DNA of 42,513 nt from a virus. The DNA is taken from positions 1-42,513 of the IMG/VR virus record IMGVR_UViG_3300029240_000023; one strand, written 5' to 3'. The notes beneath the pieces were generated by a model. The model had not been told where the DNA came from. It ran no database searches and saw only the letters and a program-made list of their open reading frames with translations. Below, piece by piece: positions 15,174 through 24,123 of this stretch (its first letter is position 1; each line of letters begins with the position of its first letter). The translations under genes were made by a program, and so were the position numbers.

Positions 15174-15521
15174 ATGAAGATTGACTATGTGAATTTTTAC
15201 AATAATTTTGTAAACCTTTGCAAAGAGAAAGGATTGAAGCCGTCCAGAGCTGGCATCGAGGCAGGCATTCCAAAGCAAACAGTGTCCAACTGGAAAGCCG
15301 GTCGCAAGCCGAGTGACACCTATGTCGCACAGTTAGCCGACTACTTCGGCGTACCCGTCTCCTACTTCTCCGAAGAAGCCCCGGAAACAGAAAAAGCCCC
15401 GGCTCCCAGCAAGGGAACCGAGGTTTTCATGAAGATGTATGACATGCTCACACCGGAGAGACAGGCACGTCTTTATGAAACTCTGTCTGATCTTGTAAAA
15501 GAGCAGATGCAAGAGCGATGA
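15174..15521 (+). CDS. XRE-family HTH repressor (CI-like)
   Basis: GLKPSRAGIEAGIPKQTVSNWKAGRKP HTH; divergent from the lytic operon. The ATG at 15174 lies 12 nt after GGAGG. Confidence 0.75.
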   Translation: MKIDYVNFYNNFVNLCKEKGLKPSRAGIEAGIPKQTVSNWKAGRKPSDTYVAQLADYFGVPVSYFSEEAPETEKAPAPSKGTEVFMKMYDMLTPERQARLYETLSDLVKEQMQER

Positions 15522-15873
15522 TCTTTTCCTTGTCCTCTTCACTAAGCTGTTCAAACATCTTCAAAGCTTCCTCCCGCATGTTGTTTCTCTCCTTTACTTT
15601 TTATCATTATCGAACGCCTGTTCGGCTTACGTGCTGGTTATAACATACTATCTGTCCAATAAACCGGACTAAATATGGGTTTTGAAAAAATTTTTTGAAT
15701 CGCCCCGCCACCCGTGCCACAAGGTGACGGGGCTCGCCGCCGGAATGGTGTGTCCCTTACCTTTGGCTAGTATGATGATACTGTTCAGCCGGTGGTGACG
15801 TAAAGGTGCATCCGGGTAATTCAGTCGTTTTCAGCGTAATTCGTAGGATTTTTTCGGAAAGGGCGAGCAGAAA

Positions 15874-16503
15874 ATGGAAAAACGGAAAATAATACAACAA
15901 ATATCGACGATTTGTGATAATCTGCCCGCAAAGATGAAATGGGCAAAGGAGGAACAGCACAAAACCAATCAGCAGATTATCGACAGCACAGGGCTAAGTG
16001 AATCCATGGTTAAAAAGTTTTTCTCCGGCCACCTGACGGGCCCAAGTATCTATGATGTGACCGCCATTGCCATTGACCTTGATCTGTCCCTGGATGAGCT
16101 GATGGAGCTGTCCCCGCCGAAGCAAGACCAGAGCGCGGAAATCGAACGGCTGAAAACCGAAATTTCGCACAAGGAAGAACTTATCTCGGAAAAAGATAAC
16201 GCCATCTCCCGGCTGGAAGAGCGCAGCCACATGATGGATAAAGAAATATCCGCCGTCCGGCATAACTGGAAGCATGTGACTTATGGAGCCGCGGGGCTTG
16301 CGGCTCTGTTCGGCATCTTCCTTATGGTATATGTCTTTCTGGATATGCGAAACCCGAGCCTTGGTCTGTTCCAGTCCGGCCACACCGAGCCGATCGTTTA
16401 TGTCGCGGCCTTTTCCATTATCGGAACATGCCTGTATATCGTCCGAACTGTGATAAAACGAAACACAAAAAGGGGGAAACACGATGCAAACAATACCAAT
16501 TGA
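15874..16503 (+). CDS. Membrane-anchored XRE-like HTH protein (HTH + coiled coil + 2 TM)
   Basis: TNQQIIDSTGLSESMVKKFFSG HTH; two C-terminal hydrophobic helices; overlaps the integrase start by 20 nt. Confidence 0.7.
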   Translation: MEKRKIIQQISTICDNLPAKMKWAKEEQHKTNQQIIDSTGLSESMVKKFFSGHLTGPSIYDVTAIAIDLDLSLDELMELSPPKQDQSAEIERLKTEISHKEELISEKDNAISRLEERSHMMDKEISAVRHNWKHVTYGAAGLAALFGIFLMVYVFLDMRNPSLGLFQSGHTEPIVYVAAFSIIGTCLYIVRTVIKRNTKRGKHDANNTN

Positions 16504-18145
16504 TCTATCGGCTCTTACGCCGGAGGAAAGACAGCAGTTTGCGGATAATCCCTCCGTTCTTTCATCGGACTGCGAGGCGGTCTGCTGCCTGTATATGCGC
16601 TACAGCTCCGACCGGCAGACAGAGCAGTCCATCGAAGGGCAGCTCCGGGAGCTGATAGCCTATTGCAAGCACCACAGCTATCGGGTTGCCGCCATTTATG
16701 TTGACCGGGCGATTTCCGCCCACGCAAGCATGGACAAGCGGCCAGCGTTCCAGCAGATGCTTGCTGACAGCGCCAGATCGTCATGGAAAACCGTTTTGGT
16801 TTACAAACTGGACAGATTTGCCCGGAACAGGGAAGACAGCGCCATTGCCCGCATGCGGCTCCGTAAGAACGGCTGCAACGTGGAATCCGCGAAAGAGGGC
16901 ATTTCCAAGAACCCCGAGGGTGTGATTCTGGAAGCCCTGCTGGAAGGTATGGCGGAATATTATTCTCTAGAGCTGTCCCAGAAGGTACGTCGCGGCATGA
17001 GCGAAACAGCCAGAAAAGGGAACAGTACAGGCGGCACTACACCGCTAGGATACACTGTCGTAGACAAGCGCCTGCAAATCGACCCCATGACTGCCCATTT
17101 GGTGGAGGAAGCATTTCGCCGGTATGCAGACGGCGATACCGTGGCCGCGATCTGCGACGATTTCAACGCCCGCGGATACCGGACAACGCGGGGAACGAAA
17201 TTCAACAAGTCCAGTTTTAAGAACGTGTTCCGGAACGAAAAATATATCGGGGTTTACAAGTTTGACGATGTTCGCACAGACAACGCCGTCCCCAGAATTA
17301 TATCCGATGAGCTTTGGCGGGCTGTACAATCCAGACTGAAAGCCAGCGAGCAAGCCCCAGCTAGAGGTAAGGCGAAGGTGCCGTATCTTTTGTCGGGGAA
17401 AATTTTCTGCGGTCACTGCGGCGCTCCCATGGTGGGAGAGTGCGGCAGAGGAAAAGGCGGGAAGACTTACAATTATTATTCCTGCGCCAATAGAAAGAAG
17501 GCCCGCTTATGCGACAAAAAGCCAGTCCCGAAGGACTGGCTGGAAGATGTGGTGGCTCAGGACGCTCTTGACGTACTGACAGACGAAATTATCGAATTTG
17601 TGGCAGAAGTAGCCGCCCAGCAGTCAGAGGAAGACATTCAGAAGAATACACAGATTCCGGTCATACGCAAAAAGATTTCTGAAATTGAAAATAAAATCCG
17701 CAATCTGACGAAAGCACTTGAATGTGCTTCCGTTGCGCCGGACGCTATTGTGGAAAGGCTTGCCGAATTAGAAGCCCAGAAAAAGGGACTGTCTACACAA
17801 CTATCCGATGAAGAACGCGGCGTGATTCCGCTCACAAAGGAATCTGTCGTGGTTTATCTGAAAGCGGTAAGGGAAAATGCGGTTCCGCTGGAAACCCAGA
17901 AAGCCATGCTTATTGAAATGCTTGTAAATTCCGTCACCGTTTACGATGACGAGCCGGGATTCCTGAAATTTGTGACCGCCTACCGGCTGACGCAGATCCC
18001 ATCAAAGACATACCGCGTTCCTACTCCGGCAGTATCCCCGTGTTCGGATATAGGGCGCGTTGGGTCACCATTGGACGCAAATCCGAACACAATTACCGTT
18101 GTGGGAATGGTTTTCATCCAAACCAGAAGACACGCCCTGCCTTAA
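16484..18145 (+). CDS. int: Large serine recombinase (phage integrase)
   Basis: Resolvase catalytic domain YMRYSSDRQ, recombinase domain, zinc ribbon CGHCG...YYSC...LCD, and coiled-coil region. Confidence 0.9.
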   Translation: MQTIPIDLSALTPEERQQFADNPSVLSSDCEAVCCLYMRYSSDRQTEQSIEGQLRELIAYCKHHSYRVAAIYVDRAISAHASMDKRPAFQQMLADSARSSWKTVLVYKLDRFARNREDSAIARMRLRKNGCNVESAKEGISKNPEGVILEALLEGMAEYYSLELSQKVRRGMSETARKGNSTGGTTPLGYTVVDKRLQIDPMTAHLVEEAFRRYADGDTVAAICDDFNARGYRTTRGTKFNKSSFKNVFRNEKYIGVYKFDDVRTDNAVPRIISDELWRAVQSRLKASEQAPARGKAKVPYLLSGKIFCGHCGAPMVGECGRGKGGKTYNYYSCANRKKARLCDKKPVPKDWLEDVVAQDALDVLTDEIIEFVAEVAAQQSEEDIQKNTQIPVIRKKISEIENKIRNLTKALECASVAPDAIVERLAELEAQKKGLSTQLSDEERGVIPLTKESVVVYLKAVRENAVPLETQKAMLIEMLVNSVTVYDDEPGFLKFVTAYRLTQIPSKTYRVPTPAVSPCSDIGRVGSPLDANPNTITVVGMVFIQTRRHALP

Positions 18146-18172
18146 TAGGCTGGGCGTGTTTCTTTATTTTTT
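18130..18172 (+). terminator. Terminator at the integrase 3' end; also the attP candidate palindrome
   Basis: ACACGCCC/GGGCGTGT stem with inner GCCT/AGGC, followed by a T-rich run. Confidence 0.55.
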
Positions 18173-18472
18173 ATACATACCCTGCACCACTCCGACGTTC
18201 TCCGCCCGCTCAATATCTCGCTTGTGCAGGTACTCATAGACGGCCATCATGGCCGCAGGCGGTTCGCCCTTCTGCTTGCGGTATTCCTCAATGTGGGAAA
18301 CAACGGCCTTGTGCAGGGCGTTCATGTGGTTCATTTCCTCCCCGCTCAGCCTGTAAAACAGGTCTGCCAGTTCCGGGTCGTCGTGCTTGTATTCCACGGC
18401 CAGCTCTGCGTAGGTGTGCGCGTCCTCCAGCTCATCCTCAATGTGCTCCATCAGCAGTTTGATTTCTTTCAT
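18164..18472 (-). CDS. Hypothetical helical protein, 102 aa (moron cluster)
   Basis: ORF with ATGA-type overlap to the upstream gene; charged helical composition. Confidence 0.75.
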   Translation of the reverse strand: MKEIKLLMEHIEDELEDAHTYAELAVEYKHDDPELADLFYRLSGEEMNHMNALHKAVVSHIEEYRKQKGEPPAAMMAVYEYLHKRDIERAENVGVVQGMYKK

Positions 18473-18819
18473 CTGATGCCCTCCTGAATGTACGCATACA
18501 GCGTATCAATATCTTGCTTTCCCAGCTTGAGCGTAAGCCCGATTCCGGGGATTTTCACGGGAAGCGCCTCTGCCCCCATGTATGGCTTTGCGGCGTTATA
18601 CAGGGCGTCAACATCCACCGTGCCATGCTCCATATCGTAAACGCCCAGCGCCTTTACCATGGGATGATCTGCGTACTGGGCAATAATCTTCGGGAAATTT
18701 GCGGTAAGCAGCCCCCCAGCCCCGGCCACCAGAACTCTGTCCCAGCCGGAAAGACTTGGAGCAATGCTTCTGTCAATGAATCTTGCAAGCCCTGCCTGCA
18801 CGTTTTCCATAGGAATCAT
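18469..18819 (-). CDS. Hypothetical protein, 116 aa (moron cluster)
   Basis: ATG after AAGGAGGTAATTT. Confidence 0.75.
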   Translation of the reverse strand: MIPMENVQAGLARFIDRSIAPSLSGWDRVLVAGAGGLLTANFPKIIAQYADHPMVKALGVYDMEHGTVDVDALYNAAKPYMGAEALPVKIPGIGLTLKLGKQDIDTLYAYIQEGIR

Positions 18820-18872
18820 AAATTACCTCCTTGAAAGTATGGGGCGGCGGCTGCCGCCCCAATTGTCGGGAA

Positions 18873-19490
18873 TCAACCGTTGCAGCACCCGCCGCACTTG
18901 GGCAGGGGGTTGTACAGCGTCTGTGCCGTGGTGCCGGTTCCGGTGGTCACGTCGGCAACCTGCTTCGGATAGAAGGTCGCGTTGGCGTAAGTCACGATGG
19001 AATTGTCAGCGCAGCAACGCCGCTCTGCCTCGATCTTGATGTCCTTGGACAGCTCAGCCCGAACGCATTCCACGTCCTGACGAACCAGCGCGAAGCTGTC
19101 CTCAGTGCGCTGATTGTGTACGGCCTGATCGCACAGGGTCTTGCGAATGTCCTTGAGCTGTCCGTCAATGTAAGCGTACAGCTCAATGGATTTCTGGTCG
19201 TTGTAGGCGTTTGCCTTCAACAGCGCGATTTCGGAATCCTTGGCGGCGAGCTGCTGCTCACGATCCAGTTCATACCGGCTCACGGGCATGTTCTCGCTGC
19301 ACCCTCCCCAGCCATAGCCATAGGGCATGGCGGGCATAACTGGAGCGGTGGGAACAGAATTGCGGTTGCCGAGAGCCAGAGCGCCCAGACCGCCCGCAGC
19401 ATTCATCACGCCCAGCGCCAGACCGGCAATACCCGTGCCAAGACCGGCACCGGCTACGCCTTTGCTTGCATAATCCTTTTCTACTTCCAT
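18873..19490 (-). CDS. Hypothetical protein: Gly-rich hydrophobic N-terminus, coiled coil, C-terminal CGGCC
   Basis: ATG after GAAGGAGGA; has its own promoter-like and operator-like elements upstream. Confidence 0.75.
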   Translation of the reverse strand: MEVEKDYASKGVAGAGLGTGIAGLALGVMNAAGGLGALALGNRNSVPTAPVMPAMPYGYGWGGCSENMPVSRYELDREQQLAAKDSEIALLKANAYNDQKSIELYAYIDGQLKDIRKTLCDQAVHNQRTEDSFALVRQDVECVRAELSKDIKIEAERRCCADNSIVTYANATFYPKQVADVTTGTGTTAQTLYNPLPKCGGCCNG

Positions 19491-19517
19491 AGTTTAGAAG
19501 TCCTCCTTCAAAATATT

Positions 19518-19544
19518 AGGAGGTGGCCACCTTCTGTCATTATA
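19518..19544 (-). promoter_or_regulatory. 18-bp near-perfect palindrome (operator-like) next to a TATAAT -10 hexamer
   Basis: AGGAGGTGGCCACCTTCT (19518-19535; core GGTGGCCACC). Minus-strand TATAAT at 19544-19539. The -35 is weak. Confidence 0.4.
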
Positions 19545-19549
19545 ATAAC

Positions 19550-19592
19550 AAAAAACCAGGCGAACGAATCATCATCGTTTCGCCTGGTTTTC
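19550..19592. terminator. Bidirectional terminator between the HTH gene and the moron
   Basis: CCAGGCGAACGA / TCGTTTCGCCTGG stem flanked by an A-run and a T-run. Confidence 0.65.
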
Positions 19593-19615
19593 GTCAGAAA
19601 ATCGTCAATTTGTGG

Positions 19616-19852
19616 TCAAATAACTAGGTCATCCGGGAGTGTGGCACTGTACCCCTTGACTGCATCATATTTCTGCTGCAATCTTCGGACAACCCTGGTT
19701 ATCGTGGCTTGGGACACATGGAGATTTTGTGATTGCCATATCTGGCTTTTCCCGGCGGCACGGGTGGTTAGGACATCCATTTCCAGTGGCGTTAGATACG
19801 CCAGCCTGTCAAATTCTTTCACAACCACCCGGTTTATCCGGGATTTATCCAT
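19616..19852 (-). CDS. Small HTH protein, sigma70 region-4 / LuxR-like, 78 aa
   Basis: LTPLEMDVLTTRAAGKSQIWQSQNLHVSQATITRVVRRL. Confidence 0.7.
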   Translation of the reverse strand: MDKSRINRVVVKEFDRLAYLTPLEMDVLTTRAAGKSQIWQSQNLHVSQATITRVVRRLQQKYDAVKGYSATLPDDLVI

Positions 19853-19860
19853 TTATGGAA

Positions 19861-20118
19861 TCAGTCCTCCTTGGGGGAACTGTAAGTTCTTGCCTGTTTG
19901 CTGTCAGCGATACCGGCGGTGGTAGGATCATTGACCACACCCAGAATCACCAGCAGGGCAAACACGGCGTTCACCACGGCCAGCAGCTTGTCGCCAATCT
20001 CGCCCAAGTCCAGCGTAAAGCCGAACAGGGCGGCTACTGTTTGCACCAGCAGAAGCAGCGCGGGAATCGCGGCCAGCCAGAAGTTTTTGTTTTTGACACG
20101 TACAATCCAGTTAATCAT
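19861..20118 (-). CDS. Holin (phi LC3-like family)
   Basis: MINWIVRVKNKNFWLAAIPALLLLVQ and LGVVNDPTTAGIADS motifs; two TM segments; next to the endolysin. Confidence 0.8.
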   Translation of the reverse strand: MINWIVRVKNKNFWLAAIPALLLLVQTVAALFGFTLDLGEIGDKLLAVVNAVFALLVILGVVNDPTTAGIADSKQARTYSSPKED

Positions 20119-20132
20119 TTTGTTTTCCTCCT

Positions 20133-20432
20133 TTAATTATGCAGCGGAAGTTTCCGCACTTCCTCCATTACACGTTTCGCAGAGCCGTTGCCTCCGGCTT
20201 CTGCATATGGCGCATAAAGATAATCGTTCAGGTTCTCGTACTCATCACTGGTGATATACCCGCGCTCCACGTACTTCATTCCGAGAAATACGATCCTATC
20301 ATGCGCGATTCCCACCAGCAGGCGAGTGCTTGCGCTTTTCTTTGTCCGGCGGGCATCCAGATAGCTCCAGAAGCCCGCCGACCCGATCAGCGTGATTAGA
20401 ATCGTAACGGCAGTTTTTACCAATTCGTGCAT
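20133..20432 (-). CDS. Membrane protein in the lysis cassette, 99 aa, N-terminal TM
   Basis: Single N-terminal hydrophobic helix; lies between endolysin and holin. Confidence 0.65.
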   Translation of the reverse strand: MHELVKTAVTILITLIGSAGFWSYLDARRTKKSASTRLLVGIAHDRIVFLGMKYVERGYITSDEYENLNDYLYAPYAEAGGNGSAKRVMEEVRKLPLHN

Positions 20433-20447
20433 CTCGTTCCTTCTTTC

Positions 20448-21059
20448 TTATCCATTCCACCGGGCATAGCCGGGACGGGTGTCCACATGAATGCCCCAGC
20501 TGTACAGCCCAATGCCGCCAGTGCGCCCCATGACATCCTCCGCCACGGCTTTCATCTGCGCCGGACTTACAGCACTGTGCAGATCAGCGGCAAGCCCAAA
20601 CAGATGCTGAGAGTTAGCCACGCCGCCAACCTCGGCATTGTGAGCCGCACACCGGACGCCGGAACCACCGCCGTCCACAATGGAAATCGGGATGCCCAGC
20701 CGGTGCCGGATTTCATCTACAGCACGCACCATGGATTCTTGCGGCTCCACCGGGAACCCACCGCAGCGGCCGCAGGGGCATCGAAATTCCTTCCGGGTGA
20801 AATACTTGATATCGTCCCAGAACGTCCCGGTTTTCGGCGCGTCGCTGCTTTCCGGCTTCTCCACCTTTACCGCCGTCCCGGCGATAGCACCAATCAGCAT
20901 TTTCTGGGTAGCCGCACCCGGTATCCCGTCCACGGCAAGCCCGTAGTCAGCCTGAAACGCCCGGATAGCCGCTTGCGTGTTCTTGCCGTCAGCTCCGTCA
21001 ATCGTGCCGGGAGAATAGCCCAGATAGGTCAGAAGGCACTGAATTTGCTTTACCGTCAT
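20448..21059 (-). CDS. Endolysin: PG_binding_1 domain plus M15-type zinc peptidase domain
   Basis: GTIDGADGKNTQAAIRAFQADYGLAVDGIPG, and SGVRCAAHNAEVGGVANSQHLFGLAADL. Confidence 0.85.
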   Translation of the reverse strand: MTVKQIQCLLTYLGYSPGTIDGADGKNTQAAIRAFQADYGLAVDGIPGAATQKMLIGAIAGTAVKVEKPESSDAPKTGTFWDDIKYFTRKEFRCPCGRCGGFPVEPQESMVRAVDEIRHRLGIPISIVDGGGSGVRCAAHNAEVGGVANSQHLFGLAADLHSAVSPAQMKAVAEDVMGRTGGIGLYSWGIHVDTRPGYARWNG

Positions 21060-21505
21060 ACGTTCACCTCTTCCCAGCCCTGTGGGTATGCGGACGGCGA
21101 CCATACATTATTGTCCAACGTGGAGCGGTACACTTTACCGCCTTCCATGCAGCAGTCGTCCTTATTATAGGGGCTGGTAGACATAGCGACGAACGGCAAT
21201 GCTTTTGCTGGGTCGGTACTCCACGCAAACCCCCACTGTGCGGGAAGTTCCTCCGGCTCCTGGGTATAGATAGTGCTGTCGTAGGGCTGCACCAGCCGCA
21301 CCACGCGGCCAGCAGACGACTGGCACACAAACCCAGCCTTGCGCTCCAGCATGTTTTTGTTTGCGACAGCGGCCTTAAAACTGGGAATATCACTATCCGC
21401 CGCGTTCAGTTCGGTGCCTGTCATGTCCGGGGCTTTCTCCTGCAAGGCAAGCGCATTTGCACGCCCCTGGGCATACATGATGCTTTTTCTTTCCTCTTGT
21501 GTCAC
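21056..21505 (-). CDS. Hypothetical protein with a CBM5/12-like C-terminus
   Basis: GGKVYRSTLDNNVWSPSAYPQGWEEV resembles a carbohydrate-binding motif; GTG start overlaps the upstream stop. Confidence 0.65.
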   Translation of the reverse strand: MTQEERKSIMYAQGRANALALQEKAPDMTGTELNAADSDIPSFKAAVANKNMLERKAGFVCQSSAGRVVRLVQPYDSTIYTQEPEELPAQWGFAWSTDPAKALPFVAMSTSPYNKDDCCMEGGKVYRSTLDNNVWSPSAYPQGWEEVNV

Positions 21506-21627
21506 AGACTGTCAACCCCCTTCTTGTAGGCTTCATCCAGCTCTTTCAACTGTTCCTCACCGCCGCTGGCTTTTATCTCCCTGATTTTTTCAAGGATAGC
21601 GTTTTTACGCTCTTCGATGGTCATCAT
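21502..21627 (-). CDS. Small protein, 41 aa (MMTIEERKNAILEKIREIKASGGEEQLKELDEAYKKGVDSL)
   Basis: Hand translation; ATGA overlap upstream and GTGA overlap downstream. Confidence 0.45.
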   Translation of the reverse strand: MMTIEERKNAILEKIREIKASGGEEQLKELDEAYKKGVDSL

Positions 21628-21944
21628 GCGTTCACCCCCAGAGCGGTTTCAATTTCAGTCAACGCCTCTTCGTATTCAGCGTTCTGAGTAGAAACCGTTT
21701 TGTACTGCTCCCGCTCATATTCCCGCTGAACGGCGTCAAGTTCATCCCAGGGTTTCCATGGGGCAATCATCTCGCCGGTGAACACCACGCCATCAGCACG
21801 TGTCCACGTCTTACCCGCCGGGATGAAGCGATAGCCCTGAATATAAATATTGCACTTACCGTCGAAGACATCTGTTTCAATAGGTGTAAGGCCTTCGCCA
21901 GGGGTGACGTAGCACTTAAAGTCAGAATCAATGTAAATCATCAT
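21624..21944 (-). CDS. Hypothetical tail-fibre-associated protein, 106 aa
   Basis: ORF translationally coupled to the tail genes. Confidence 0.7.
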   Translation of the reverse strand: MMIYIDSDFKCYVTPGEGLTPIETDVFDGKCNIYIQGYRFIPAGKTWTRADGVVFTGEMIAPWKPWDELDAVQREYEREQYKTVSTQNAEYEEALTEIETALGVNA

Positions 21945-22897
21945 TCTTCACCCCATATCTCAGATATTGTCAGCGTCGTTTTGTTGTATCCTCCAGTGGT
22001 TATCCATATACCAACGTATCCCGCGGTTACAGCTGAAACGTCAACAGAATACTCGCCGGTTGCCAGGATCTTCATATCTGCGGCAAATGTTGGGTTTTGC
22101 TTGGTAGGCCGTTCATTTGCCACCACAAGACTGAATCGGAACTTATGTGTATTGCCCTCTTTGTCCGAGTATGCAGTATTACCAATACCCGTTATTTTGA
22201 ATTTCAGAGTATTTACTCCTGTCAGATCAATCGAGTTATTCGTGAATGCATTTGCGTATGCTACGCTGCCACCAAATACTTCCGTCGATAATAGCATGCT
22301 ATCGTCGTTTAGAGTAAGCACACTGTCAAAACTTCCACCAGTTGAGGGATGCTCGGCTACTGACCAGCCTCCGGTTACTGCATTATAGGTGTTTCCGCTT
22401 TTATACAGCCAGAGCAAATAGCTCAGCTCAATGGCTGCGATTTGACCATCTGTAGTTATAGATACAGATTCACTGGTGTTTTCTACCCCATCTGTAGCGG
22501 CTGCAGTCCAAGTCCCGGCGTTCGGCACAATGCAAGCCCATGTACCACTGGTGTCAGGGGCGGATAGAGTCGTTGTGCCGTCAGAGCAAGTGCAGGTCGA
22601 ACCGGCAGGATAGGTGATGTTGATAGTGGCCGTGAAAAATGCAATCACGGTTGAATAATCGGCAGTGACGACAACAGGCTTAGATGAGGTTTGTGACCCA
22701 TCCGTAATCGCAAGTGTCCACGTCCCGCTTGCAAGCCCCTTGAAGACAACCACGCCGCTGGTGCCGGAGTTCTTGGTCTTTGCCTTGCCGTCCTTGGAAA
22801 CAGTCACGGTGACGTTCGCCGGGGCTGTGACGGTAAGGGTGCCGCCGGAACCGCCACCGCTGGCTCCAAATCCATATAAAGGCACTGCAATGCTCAT
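21941..22897 (-). CDS. Tail / receptor-binding accessory protein, 318 aa
   Basis: Gly/Thr/Ser-rich beta-type sequence in the tail module. Confidence 0.7.
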   Translation of the reverse strand: MSIAVPLYGFGASGGGSGGTLTVTAPANVTVTVSKDGKAKTKNSGTSGVVVFKGLASGTWTLAITDGSQTSSKPVVVTADYSTVIAFFTATINITYPAGSTCTCSDGTTTLSAPDTSGTWACIVPNAGTWTAAATDGVENTSESVSITTDGQIAAIELSYLLWLYKSGNTYNAVTGGWSVAEHPSTGGSFDSVLTLNDDSMLLSTEVFGGSVAYANAFTNNSIDLTGVNTLKFKITGIGNTAYSDKEGNTHKFRFSLVVANERPTKQNPTFAADMKILATGEYSVDVSAVTAGYVGIWITTGGYNKTTLTISEIWGEE

Positions 22898-23958
22898 ACG
22901 TACACCTCCACCGTAATCGGAATATCCACCGTGGGCTTGTCCTCAAGGCAGGTAAACGTCAGCGTGCTGCCCGACCGGGAAGCGAAACTGACCATGCCGC
23001 ACGCCTCTTTCAGCGCAAGATTGGTGGCCGTGTTGCTCCCGTATACTGGATAAGCCATCGCACGCTTTGTATCCGTCAGCCCGGAGACCGTAACAGACTG
23101 GGTATACGGGGCGCTGGCAGACCAACCGGCAGCAGTTAACGTTGCGGTCTTTACAATCGTTTTGGCATTACTTAACGCCGTATCCACGTACCCCTTGGTT
23201 GCAGCATCAGCGCTGTCCGTGGGCGCACCTAATACTTTGATTTGGTGGGAGTTCATGACAATATTTCCAGTCATTAAACCGCCAGCACTAGGCAACGCCC
23301 CAACATTTTCAGCTTCTAGCTCAACGTTGCCATTGGAGTTAGGTTCTTTGCCGCACACTTTGGATACAGCACCGGTGCCATCCAAGCCCATACGGGAGAC
23401 GGAGTAGGCATAAATCGGGGTTCCGGAATTGAACGTCATTGCAACTCGCGTCCACAGGTAAGCGCCCTGTGCTACCGTGGGAATGCTGCCTTGCCAGTTT
23501 CCGGACGGTATAACATTCCCGGATGTGCTAGCTTGGTATGTTACGGACTGACTGGTCAACAGAGCCGGGTTCCCGATGTCACCCTTTTCGCCCTTGATCT
23601 CAAACCACTGATACTTCGTCCAGTCCGTTGGGGCAGTTGCGGAATTGCCGCTGTATACGCCCATCCAGTTGTCAGGGAGAACACCGAAGCTATGAGAAGC
23701 TGCCGTGGGCTTCTGCGCCGCGTACCGAATCCAGACGTATGCGTTGTCGCCTTTGTCACCTTTCGCGCCGTTCGTGATGGTAAACGTGCTAGTGGTATTA
23801 TCGTTATAGGTAATACGGTACGTGTCTACCAGCCCGCTGGCGGAGACTTTGGCAATGGTTGAAATGCTCCGACCGTTTTTTACGGTGAAGTCAAAGGTAG
23901 TGGTGTCCGCCATGGTGATACGGTATGTATCCGTAAGGCCGCTGGTGGAATGCTTCAC
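22894..23958 (-). CDS. Tail fibre protein with collagen-like GxKGDxG triplets. Coordinates give the minimal ORF; the frame is open to 24123.
   Basis: GAKGDKGD and GEKGDIG; duplicated GL(T/V)DTYRIT segment. See the finding on the start and the in-frame TGA. Confidence 0.75.
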   Translation of the reverse strand: MKHSTSGLTDTYRITMADTTTFDFTVKNGRSISTIAKVSASGLVDTYRITYNDNTTSTFTITNGAKGDKGDNAYVWIRYAAQKPTAASHSFGVLPDNWMGVYSGNSATAPTDWTKYQWFEIKGEKGDIGNPALLTSQSVTYQASTSGNVIPSGNWQGSIPTVAQGAYLWTRVAMTFNSGTPIYAYSVSRMGLDGTGAVSKVCGKEPNSNGNVELEAENVGALPSAGGLMTGNIVMNSHQIKVLGAPTDSADAATKGYVDTALSNAKTIVKTATLTAAGWSASAPYTQSVTVSGLTDTKRAMAYPVYGSNTATNLALKEACGMVSFASRSGSTLTFTCLEDKPTVDIPITVEVYV

Positions 23959-24123
23959 GATGCTGCTGATACCGCCATGGCCGTCAGCGGCTGCGGTCAG
24001 CCAGTTCAGCAGAATTTGTCCCGTCAGCTTCTTTGCCGCGCTGTCCTGTTCCAGGACGAAAAGGTCAGAAGCTTTTATCTGTTCCGCTGCAATCAGCTCG
24101 GATATTGCTTTATCTGCGATAAG

